From Candidatus Bathyarchaeia archaeon (GTDB lineage: Archaea; Thermoproteota; Bathyarchaeia; TCS64): a stretch of 10,135 nucleotides of DNA. Where the stretch lies: the NCBI GenBank assembly GCA_050014495.1, contig JBEKDF010000063.1, positions 1 to 10,135 of the forward strand. Direction: 5' to 3'. A model generated the notes under the pieces. It had not been told where the DNA came from, ran no database searches, and was given only the letters and a program-made list of their open reading frames with translations. Positions 1 through 7,158 of the stretch are shown one piece after another. The first letter of the stretch is position 1. Each line of letters starts with the position of its first letter. Position numbers and translations under genes: made by a program.

Positions 1-100
1 GCACACCAGCCCAGATTGTTGAGATGAGCCAGTAGAGACTATAGCCTGATCCGGCGGTTAACAGGAGGCTGACAATCAACCAAGGAGTAGAGTATCTCAT
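1..100 (-). CDS. Partial membrane protein (N-terminus only; runs off the left edge)
   Basis: ATG at 100-98 with upstream GGTG RBS. Reads MRYSTPWLIVSLLLTAGSGYSLYWLISTIWAGV..., hydrophobic and open to the window edge. Not in the ORF track. Confidence 0.7.
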   Translation of the reverse strand, partial: MRYSTPWLIVSLLLTAGSGYSLYWLISTIWAGV

Positions 101-105
101 TCAAC

Positions 106-198
106 TCACACCGCTGGTAAATGCGCGCGCGCTCTGAAGTATTTCTGGAACTTCATTGCCTCCCCATGTTTCTCACAGCCTGAGTCATCACAGCACAT
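106..198 (-). CDS. Small Cys-rich ORF or truncated gene start (30 aa)
   Basis: MCCDDSGCEKHGEAMKFQKYFRARAHLPAV*. ATG at 198 lies about 30 nt downstream of a minus-strand TTATAAAT (235-228). The frame passes through the (GC)5 run at 123-132. Confidence 0.4.
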   Translation of the reverse strand: MCCDDSGCEKHGEAMKFQKYFRARAHLPAV

Positions 199-208
199 GG
201 TAAATTCC

Positions 209-222
209 TGATAATATTATCA
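209..222. promoter_or_regulatory. Perfect 14-bp palindrome TGATAATATTATCA, putative operator
   Basis: Lies between the minus-strand TATA box (228-235) and the ATG at 198. The core ATAATATTA recurs at 231-239. Confidence 0.55.
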
Positions 223-281
223 ATATATTTATAATATTAATAGGATATAAGCGTCGCTCGCGCGTGAAGAGGAACCAATCT

Positions 282-324
282 AACCAAGTGGATACGATTT
301 ATATACTATTTCAACCAATTGGTT
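282..324 (+). promoter_or_regulatory. tusA operon promoter: TATA box flanked by two AACCAATTGGTT-type boxes
   Basis: TTTATATA at 298-305. Perfect palindrome AACCAATTGGTT at 313-324 and a 10/12 match AACCAAGTGGAT at 282-293. Confidence 0.6.
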
Positions 325-336
325 AGTCAGTATAGG

Positions 337-564
337 ATGTCCGCTGACGTTGAACTTGACGCTAAAGGGCTAAGGTGCCCAATGCCCATCATGAAGGCCA
401 CGAAGGCTATCAAAGACATGAAACAAGGCCAGATACTGAGGGTAACCGCCACGGACCCGGGTTCGAGGAGGGACTTCGAGGGCTGGGCAAAGAAGGGGGG
501 CCATACACTCCTGGATGTGAAAGAGGAGAGCGGGGTCTACATCTACACTATTAGGAAGGGATGA
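337..564 (+). CDS. tusA: TusA/SirA-family sulfur carrier protein
   Basis: LDAKGLRCPMP (CPxP motif) and V-x-ATDPGS-x-x-D. 75 aa from the ATG at 337; the ORF-track TTG at 319 is too close to the TATA box. Confidence 0.93.
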   Translation: MSADVELDAKGLRCPMPIMKATKAIKDMKQGQILRVTATDPGSRRDFEGWAKKGGHTLLDVKEESGVYIYTIRKG

Positions 565-567
565 AAA

Positions 568-996
568 ATGAGTGAAGTTAAGAAGCCGAAGAAGATGGCC
601 ATCATAGTCCACTCGGGGAGCCTTGACAAGCTCTACCCAGTCTTCATGCTGAGCAGTACGGGGGCTGCCATGGACGTGGAGACCCACCTATTCTTCACAT
701 TCTGGGGGCTCAACGCCCTAAAGAAGGGGGGACTCGAATCAGCTGGCCTCCCCGGCCTCATGACCATCGACACGGGGATGATGAAGGAAAGGATCAAAAA
801 TGCGAAGGTCCCTAGCCTCACCGAGCTCCTTAAGATGTGCAGACAGATGGGCAACGTCAAGATATACGCCTGCAGCACCACGATGGAGATGATGGGTGTG
901 AAGAAGGAGGAGCTTATCCCGGAGGTCGATGACATAGTTGGTGCTGCGAGTTTCCTAAGCATCGCTTTGGACAGCGACGTTCAGTTATTCATCTAG
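568..996 (+). CDS. DsrE2/DrsE_2-type (peroxiredoxin-like) sulfur relay protein
   Basis: Motifs IIVHSGSLDK, LFFTFWGLNALKK, IYACSTTMEMMG (conserved Cys) and C-terminal VGAASFL...LFI. Confidence 0.88.
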   Translation: MSEVKKPKKMAIIVHSGSLDKLYPVFMLSSTGAAMDVETHLFFTFWGLNALKKGGLESAGLPGLMTIDTGMMKERIKNAKVPSLTELLKMCRQMGNVKIYACSTTMEMMGVKKEELIPEVDDIVGAASFLSIALDSDVQLFI

Positions 997-1005
997 GTGC
1001 CACTG

Positions 1006-1371
1006 ATGGCGCACCTCACAATCCTCCTCTGCCACAGCCCATTTCACCACGAGTCCGTCGACGAGGCAATAGAGATTGGACGTGCAGCTTTGAGAAGGGG
1101 GCACAGACTAGACCTATACCTCATGATGGACGGCGTCTACTCCGCTTTTAATAAGCAGAGTGGGGAGCCGTTCAACGTCGAGGCGGTCCACCAGAGGCTC
1201 ACGGATCTAATGACCGAGGGCGCACGAGTTGTGCTCTGCCGAGTCTGCGCAGAGCTTAGGGGAGTCTCAGAGGAGAACATTCCCAAGGGCATGGAGGTAG
1301 GTGGACTCTTCGACCTCAGTGAGTCAATTGCTGAGTCGGATGCGGTCCTCAGCTTCGCGGGGAGAGGATGA
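1006..1371 (+). CDS. dsrE: DsrE/TusD-like sulfurtransferase subunit
   Basis: SPF, YLMMDGVY and CRVCAELRG (catalytic-Cys region). AGGTG RBS at 995-999 favours the ATG at 1006 over the GTG at 997. Confidence 0.8.
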   Translation: MAHLTILLCHSPFHHESVDEAIEIGRAALRRGHRLDLYLMMDGVYSAFNKQSGEPFNVEAVHQRLTDLMTEGARVVLCRVCAELRGVSEENIPKGMEVGGLFDLSESIAESDAVLSFAGRG

Positions 1372-1712
1372 TTGTGCCGGAGAAGAATCTGCTAATCATT
1401 ATAAGGTCCCCACCGTATACGACGCTGGACTACTACGAGGGGACGAGAGTCGCCGCTGGGCTAATTGAGCACAAGTTGAATATTCTTTACTCAGGCGATG
1501 GCGTTTACGCCGCTACGAAGACCTCTGACCAGAAGCTTACTAGCCAATTCCTATTCGATCTACCCGACCTCGGTGTTGAGCTTTATGCTGATGCTGGAGC
1601 GATGAGGGAAAGGGGGATAGCCGACTCCGAGCTACTTCCAGCAGTCAAACCTGCCAATGATGAAAAACTTACTGAACTGGCCGCGAATGCTGAGGCTTCT
1701 CTCGTTTTCTGA
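1368..1712 (+). CDS. dsrF: DsrF/TusC-like subunit
   Basis: IIRSPPY, EG-x-R-x-A, GDGVY, AMRERGI and C-terminal LVF. No Cys. ATGA overlap with dsrE. Confidence 0.75.
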   Translation: MIVPEKNLLIIIRSPPYTTLDYYEGTRVAAGLIEHKLNILYSGDGVYAATKTSDQKLTSQFLFDLPDLGVELYADAGAMRERGIADSELLPAVKPANDEKLTELAANAEASLVF

Positions 1713-1721
1713 GGTGATTGG

Positions 1722-1985
1722 ATGGTGAGACTATTTATCATTAGGGATTGTGAAGCGTCGCGGCTGAGGTTAGCTGAATCCATCGAGGGCGCAGCTGTCG
1801 CACTCCTCCAGGATGGTGTGTATCTAGCAACTTCGCCAATCAAAATAAATGATGTCTACATCCTTACACCGGATGCCGAGAAGCGGGGTGTAAAGGAAAA
1901 ACTCCTAAAACGGGTCAAACTCTTGGGATACGAGGAACTTGTGACTCTCCTCCTCGAGTGCGGTAACACGGTGATTAATCTATAG
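1722..1985 (+). CDS. dsrH: DsrH/TusB-like subunit
   Basis: LLQDGVYLA, VYIL-x-x-DAEKRGV and YEELV-x-L. GAGGTGA RBS; third gene of the EFH triplet. Confidence 0.85.
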   Translation: MVRLFIIRDCEASRLRLAESIEGAAVALLQDGVYLATSPIKINDVYILTPDAEKRGVKEKLLKRVKLLGYEELVTLLLECGNTVINL

Positions 1986-1996
1986 GGGGCAATGAA

Positions 1997-2443
1997 TTGG
2001 AGTTAGATTCGGTGGACACGCAGATTCTTGATGTCCTAGCCAAGGATGCTCGTCTCAGCTACAGGGACATCGCTAAGAGGCTTGGTCTGAGCCACACGAA
2101 TGTCTCAGCACGCATCAAGAGGCTCGAAGACGACGGAGTGATCTTGGGGTATGCTGCCGTGATCGACCCAGATACTGAGGGGCTTTATCCTCTCTGCTTG
2201 AGGATATCTGCTAAGAGTGGCTTCGAACTCGGTGAGATAGGTAGGAGGGTCTCTGAGTTCCCTGAGGTTCACGTCGTGATGAGGGTGAGCGGGGACTGCG
2301 AGCTTCTCGCTTTAACACTAAGTAGGGATAGGCAGACAGCTCTGGACTTGCTCGCCAAGATCAACCGGATTGATGGGATTGAGAAGGCGGGGAGTCATGT
2401 GGTCCTCCAGTCCATCAAGCTCTCGGGCTTCTGCCTCAAGTAG
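1997..2443 (+). CDS. Lrp/AsnC family transcriptional regulator
   Basis: LDSVDTQILDVLAKDARLSYRDIAKRLGLS...RIKRLEDDGVILGY HTH, followed by a RAM domain (VSGDCELL). Confidence 0.93.
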   Translation: MELDSVDTQILDVLAKDARLSYRDIAKRLGLSHTNVSARIKRLEDDGVILGYAAVIDPDTEGLYPLCLRISAKSGFELGEIGRRVSEFPEVHVVMRVSGDCELLALTLSRDRQTALDLLAKINRIDGIEKAGSHVVLQSIKLSGFCLK

Positions 2444-2521
2444 AAGCCATACGTGAGACTGCAGGCGCACGCGCAAGCGGTTAGACATATCATACTATAG
2501 GTCGTTATAGGGGCAAGGCAT

Positions 2522-4915
2522 ATGACCAACGAGGACAGAACGGGGAACGAGCCGACGAGTCCGGAAGACCTGACCACAGACGAGGCGAAGCAGCGACTCA
2601 GGAAGTATGGTCCCAACGAGGTCCCAGAGAAGAAAACAAACCCGTTACTACGCTTAGTCGGCAAGTTCTGGGGCCTCACACCCTGGATGCTAGAGTTCAC
2701 AGTAGCCCTCGAATGGATCCTCGGCAAGTACCTCGAAGCCTACGTAATAGCCATCCTGCTCATCTTCAACGCAGCCGTAAGCTTCATTCAGGAGGAGAAA
2801 GCGAACAGCGCCGTACAGCTCCTCAGACAGAAACTCACAGTGAAGACCCGAGTGAAGAGAGGCGGGGAATGGATCCAAGTGCCCGCAAGGGAGCTCGTCC
2901 CAGGCGACGTCGTTCGGCTTAGGGCCGGCGACCTGGCCCCAGCCGACGTCCAGGTGGCTGAGGGTCATGTTGAAGTGGATCAATCCGCCCTCACCGGGGA
3001 GTCACTCACAGTCGAGAGGAAGGAGGGAGAATCTCTCTATGCGGGCTCGATTCTCAGAAACGGAGAGATAACCGGAGTGATATCTGCGACTGGCTTGAAG
3101 ACCTACTTCGGTCGCACAGCTGAGCTTGTTCAGATAGCGAAGCCCAAGCTCCACATAGAGGAGATGATCTCGAAGGTCGTCAGGTGGCTACTCATCATGG
3201 TGGTCGCCTCCGTCGGCTTAGGCATGGGGTACGCTTTACTCAGGGGGGTGCCCTTAGCTGAGATAGCGCCCCTCACCGTCATCCTACTGGTCTCCGCCGT
3301 ACCGGTAGCCCTGCCGACGATGTTCACAATAAGCATGGCCCTCGGCTCTCTCGAACTCTCGAAGAAGGGAGCCATCGTAACACGCCTTGACGCGGTTGAG
3401 GATGCAGCGACTATGGATGTCCTCTGCGCTGACAAAACTGGAACCATAACGATGAACCAGCTAACCCTCGCGGACATCTTGCCAGTCGGTAACCACAGTA
3501 AAGAGGAGGTGGTTCTCTTCGGGGCGCTCGCCTCCGAGGAAGCTAACCAGGATCCCATAGACATGGCCTTCATTACGAAGGCGAGGGAGATGCAGCTGCC
3601 GCTAAATGAGTATAAGCTGGTTAAGTTCTCCCCCTTTGATGCCTCGACGAGGAGGACAGAGGCCACCCTCATGCACAACTCTGACGAGATACACGTCTCT
3701 AAAGGCGCTGTCAAGACGATTACGGGACTTTGCAAGGACTGCAGTGACGAGCTCCAGGCGATTGAGTCTGGGATTGATGAGCTAGTCGCCAAGGGATACC
3801 GGATCCTCGCTGTCGCAGAGGGTTTCCTGGGAAAGGAACCAGAGTTAATCGGTATCGCTGCCCTCTATGATAAGCCAAGGGCGGACTCTCCCAGACTCAT
3901 CACCGAGTTGAAGAAGCTCGGCATCTCTGTGAAGATGCTAACAGGGGACGCTCTTCCAATCGCGAAGGAGGTGGCCGCTCAAGCTGGGCTAGGGAGCAAT
4001 ATCAGCCGCATAACTGATCTCAAGAACAGGATCGGTGATGAAGAGACACTTAAAATCATGGAGCAGAGCGATGGCTTCGCGGAGATCTATCCCGAGGACA
4101 AGTATCTGATTGTTAAGGCCCTCCAATCGGGCGGGCACGTCGTGGGCATGACCGGAGACGGAGTGAACGACGCCCCCAGCCTGAAACAGGCCGAGGTGGG
4201 AATCGCCGTGAGTAACGCCACGGACATCGCGAAGCAGGCATCGAGCGTGGTGCTCTCCCTAGAAGGCTTTGAGGGAATCTTCGACATGGTGGCCATTGGC
4301 AGGATGGTGTATCAGAGGATAGCATCCTGGACCATCAACAAGATAATCAGGACTTTCAAGCGCGTCGTCTTCATAGTCATCGCATTCATCTTGACGGGCC
4401 AGTTTGTAGTCTCCACATTCAACCTGATCCTGCTTCTCTTCCTGAGCGACTACGTGACGCTATCCATCTCAACCGATAAGGTCAGGTACTCCGAGAAGCC
4501 GGAGAGGTGGAACACAGGGGGACTGGTAAAGCTCGGTGTTTCCTATGGCTCCCTGATAGTAGCAGAGTCACTGCTGATACTCTACATCGCGCTCGTCTTC
4601 TTCGGATTGGACTCTAACTTGTTGAAGCTTCAGACCTTCATCTTTGTCTGGCTCACATTGTCGGGTTACTACACCGTTCTTTCGATACGTGAGAGGAGGC
4701 ACTTCTGGGAGTCGAGGCCAAGCAGGTGGCTGGCGTTTGCGCTAGTCCTCAACACTCTGATAGTCTACGTCATCTCGACAATAGGCCTGCCAGGACTGGC
4801 CCCGATAACCAGTATTGAGTTCCTCTTTATCATTGCCTATGGCTTCGCCTTCTGCCTTCTGGTGAATGACTTGGTGAAGGTGCCTTTGGCTAAACTGTTC
4901 GATGTAGCGATATGA
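2522..4915 (+). CDS. Plasma-membrane proton-efflux P-type ATPase (type IIIA)
   Basis: DQSALTGES, PVALP (M4), DVLCADKTGTIT (phosphorylated Asp), PFD...RRTEA, KGA, MLTGD, GMTGDGVNDAPSLK and an M6 Asp (LFLSDY). 797 aa. Confidence 0.92.
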   Translation: MTNEDRTGNEPTSPEDLTTDEAKQRLRKYGPNEVPEKKTNPLLRLVGKFWGLTPWMLEFTVALEWILGKYLEAYVIAILLIFNAAVSFIQEEKANSAVQLLRQKLTVKTRVKRGGEWIQVPARELVPGDVVRLRAGDLAPADVQVAEGHVEVDQSALTGESLTVERKEGESLYAGSILRNGEITGVISATGLKTYFGRTAELVQIAKPKLHIEEMISKVVRWLLIMVVASVGLGMGYALLRGVPLAEIAPLTVILLVSAVPVALPTMFTISMALGSLELSKKGAIVTRLDAVEDAATMDVLCADKTGTITMNQLTLADILPVGNHSKEEVVLFGALASEEANQDPIDMAFITKAREMQLPLNEYKLVKFSPFDASTRRTEATLMHNSDEIHVSKGAVKTITGLCKDCSDELQAIESGIDELVAKGYRILAVAEGFLGKEPELIGIAALYDKPRADSPRLITELKKLGISVKMLTGDALPIAKEVAAQAGLGSNISRITDLKNRIGDEETLKIMEQSDGFAEIYPEDKYLIVKALQSGGHVVGMTGDGVNDAPSLKQAEVGIAVSNATDIAKQASSVVLSLEGFEGIFDMVAIGRMVYQRIASWTINKIIRTFKRVVFIVIAFILTGQFVVSTFNLILLLFLSDYVTLSISTDKVRYSEKPERWNTGGLVKLGVSYGSLIVAESLLILYIALVFFGLDSNLLKLQTFIFVWLTLSGYYTVLSIRERRHFWESRPSRWLAFALVLNTLIVYVISTIGLPGLAPITSIEFLFIIAYGFAFCLLVNDLVKVPLAKLFDVAI

Positions 4916-4951
4916 AGTAATTGAAGATGCCTGACGCGTATGCGCACTCAA

Positions 4952-4974
4952 GCATGCCCGGAGGGACTCGAACC
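4952..4974 (-). other. tRNA 3'-end-like fragment (T-loop plus acceptor strand), possible att remnant
   Basis: Minus strand reads GGTTCGAGTCCCTCCGGGCATGC. There is no complete T stem and no anticodon or D arm upstream. Confidence 0.4.
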
Positions 4975-5101
4975 TAAATGGGTTCAGGTTCATCTACTAA
5001 TGTTCGAAAATAATTAGATTAAAATACCGTGTTGGAAGAGGGATTCGGATACTGATTTTTGCCGGTAAAAATATGCGCGCTTTATATCGATGATTTGTTG
5101 T

Positions 5102-5599
5102 TCATGATATCCTCTTGATTTGTCGAGGAGTGAGCAACCACGCAAGTTCACCTGAGGGCTTAGGCGCGAAGGAGTCGATGATGACCTTTGCCATCCCCCC
5201 CTTTTCCAGGAGGATCCGACTATTCTTACCGCCTGAGATCAAATCGCTGATCACGCCACTCAGGCAAGGTTCATGACCCACGATAAGGATGGATGAGTCT
5301 ACCTTGAGTTCCGATAGCCTGCGGTAAAGGTCAGCCGTTCCGGCTTCAGGTTTAAGCTCATCCCAGACTTCGAGGACGTTTTGCTTCTTCAGTGCCTTGG
5401 CAACGATCTCGGCGGTCTCCCGGGCGCGAATTAGCGGGCTGGTGGCGATCTTATCGAATACAAGCTTCAGAACATTGGTTGAGTTCGCTACATCTTCTAT
5501 GTCTTTTCTTCCAGAGGTGGTAAGACCTCGTTCGAAGTCCTCGCCCATTGAGGGTGAACGAATGCCGGCTTTGCCATGTCTGAGGATTACCAGTTCCAA
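5102..5599 (-). CDS. sixA: Phosphohistidine phosphatase SixA (histidine phosphatase superfamily)
   Basis: LVILRHGKA, D-x-ERGLT-x-x-G, TSPLIRARETA, IVGHEP and L-x-WLLTP. Probable TTG start at 5599 (ORF track extends to 5629). Confidence 0.88.
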   Translation of the reverse strand: MELVILRHGKAGIRSPSMGEDFERGLTTSGRKDIEDVANSTNVLKLVFDKIATSPLIRARETAEIVAKALKKQNVLEVWDELKPEAGTADLYRRLSELKVDSSILIVGHEPCLSGVISDLISGGKNSRILLEKGGMAKVIIDSFAPKPSGELAWLLTPRQIKRIS

Positions 5600-5834
5600 G
5601 ATCAGTGTCGCCTTCCCAGATGACTTCAATTAGGGATGAATTAAGATAAATCGTTCTGGGAGGAAAAGAGCACACGAATGCGCGCGCCTCTCACTAGACT
5701 TCTACTCGGAGCAGATCGTGCGCGCACCCGAGGTCATTATGCCTTTCGTGGCGCAGCGATTTCCGAATGCGCGCGCGCACTACTTAACTTCTAATTCACT
5801 CATTGGCAATTACCCGTGTAAACAATTAAGATAC

Positions 5835-6131
5835 TTATCCGCCACTAACGGGCCTAAAAATCAATAACTTGTCATCGTTCCTAAGCTTCTCAGATGATCC
5901 CAAGGGTAGATCAACATACGATCCATTCAAAAATACTTTAAAATAACTATAAAAAGCATCTAACAAGGGCTTCCCAGTCTCTGTCTTAAACGCTTCTCCA
6001 TATCTAATATTTAATTCATTTAATACATCTAACATCGTTGCACCTTTACTAAATTCCAGATTCATATATCCATCCTGAAAAATGCTCATATAATATATCT
6101 TAATATTTACACGAATTCTCTCAGCAGCCAT
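5835..6131 (-). CDS. MoaD/ThiS/SAMP ubiquitin-like sulfur carrier
   Basis: Beta-grasp pattern AT-x-x-DVL, VFLNG, L-x-x-x-D-x-L and C-terminal PVSGG. About 31% GC by hand count over 5881-6120. Confidence 0.85.
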   Translation of the reverse strand: MAAERIRVNIKIYYMSIFQDGYMNLEFSKGATMLDVLNELNIRYGEAFKTETGKPLLDAFYSYFKVFLNGSYVDLPLGSSEKLRNDDKLLIFRPVSGG

Positions 6132-6206
6132 AGATTAATCTTTTATTAGAGGCATTTAATATTATGCGCGGGCGTGAGAAATAGCGCGCGCGCATCCTTT
6201 TCAGCT

Positions 6207-6232
6207 GTTACCCTGACTGAAGCCGGGGTAAC
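6207..6232. repeat. GC-rich hairpin with TGAA loop, REP/IS200-IS605-end-like
   Basis: GTTACCCTGAC-TGAA-GCCGGGGTAAC: an 11-bp stem with one G:T pair and one mismatch. Confidence 0.45.
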
Positions 6233-6297
6233 CGAGCGCGCGGGGCATCAAAGATCAAGAGGGTTATTGATCAGGTAGTTGAGGGAGGCGCAGGCGC

Positions 6298-6546
6298 AGA
6301 GACCTGAAAAGGCAGGGCATCAAAGAGACGGAAATGCGGCAGCGGCTGGGAACCACCTCAGACTGTATAGTCAAGAAAACACTGGAACAGGCTGCCCGTT
6401 ACTCGATGCCACACACCAAGCAGGCATATCAGCAACTCCTTGATACAGATATTGCCGTTAAGACCGGTAAATACACCGAAGAACTGGCATTGAATATCCT
6501 GGTTGCGGAATTATGCCAGCGCACACCGGTGACCGCACAAGGCTAA
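6298..6546 (+). pseudogene. holA: 3' fragment of bacterial DNA polymerase III delta subunit
   Basis: RDLKRQGIKETEMRQRLGTTSDCIVKKTLEQAARYS...YQQLLDTDIAVKTGKYTEELALNILVAELC matches the HolA C-terminal domain pattern. An in-frame TGA lies at 6280-6282 and most of the protein (about 250 aa) is missing. Confidence 0.8.
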
Positions 6547-6587
6547 ACTTTTTTATGACATGTTGATCGTACCAAAGAGTACAAAGA

Positions 6588-7142
6588 ATGAATAACAAAG
6601 TAGAAAGAAAACCGCTACGGCCGATTTACCCTACCCCCGCCGGCCTAGTTGTCTCTGTAGATGCCGCAAATAAGCCCAACATTATCACTCTCGGCGAAAT
6701 ATTCAACTTAAGCATTAGAAATCCGGTCTGGGTTGGGATCGCCGTACGTAAAGCCACTTATTCCCACGACCTCATCAAGGAGCAAGGAGAATTTACCGTG
6801 AATTTGCCGACAGCAGAAATGTTCGGTAAAGTGTACGGCTGCGGTCGGAGTAGCGGTCGCGATGGGACAGATAAGTTTAAGAAATTTAACCTGACGCCAC
6901 TCCCATCTAGATACGTTAAACCCCCAATTATTGCCGAGTGCCCGGTGAATCTGGAGTGCAAGGTCGTGGGACTTCATATTGTCGGCGACCACGATTTATT
7001 CATCGAAGAGGTACTGCTGGAGCACGTTGATGAAGATAAGGTCAATTCCAAAGGCGAACGGGATGAAAGCAGACTTGACACGTTGGTATGGCTCGGGGTT
7101 GGGTTCTACCGGCTTGGGGAGAAGGTTGGAGAAATGAAGTAG
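6588..7142 (+). CDS. Flavin reductase-like (flavoredoxin) family protein
   Basis: YPTPAGLV, NIITLG, GEFTVNLP, CG-x-x-SGR-x-x-x-DKF, PPIIAECPVNLECKV and GDHDLFI. Confidence 0.92.
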   Translation: MNNKVERKPLRPIYPTPAGLVVSVDAANKPNIITLGEIFNLSIRNPVWVGIAVRKATYSHDLIKEQGEFTVNLPTAEMFGKVYGCGRSSGRDGTDKFKKFNLTPLPSRYVKPPIIAECPVNLECKVVGLHIVGDHDLFIEEVLLEHVDEDKVNSKGERDESRLDTLVWLGVGFYRLGEKVGEMK

Positions 7143-7158
7143 TAAGGGTGGATAAAAC

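Noticed and set aside
370..4993. Antisense or alternate-frame ORFs over the sulfur operon and ATPase (370-687, 633-962, 1583-1843, 2395-2727, 2690-2983, 2713-2922, 3130-3792, 4087-4296, 4113-4325, 4742-4993)
   Set aside because: They are shadows of well-supported genes and have no recognisable motifs.
4900..5050. Complete tRNA gene
   Set aside because: Only a T-loop/acceptor-like 3' piece is present and no cloverleaf can be folded.
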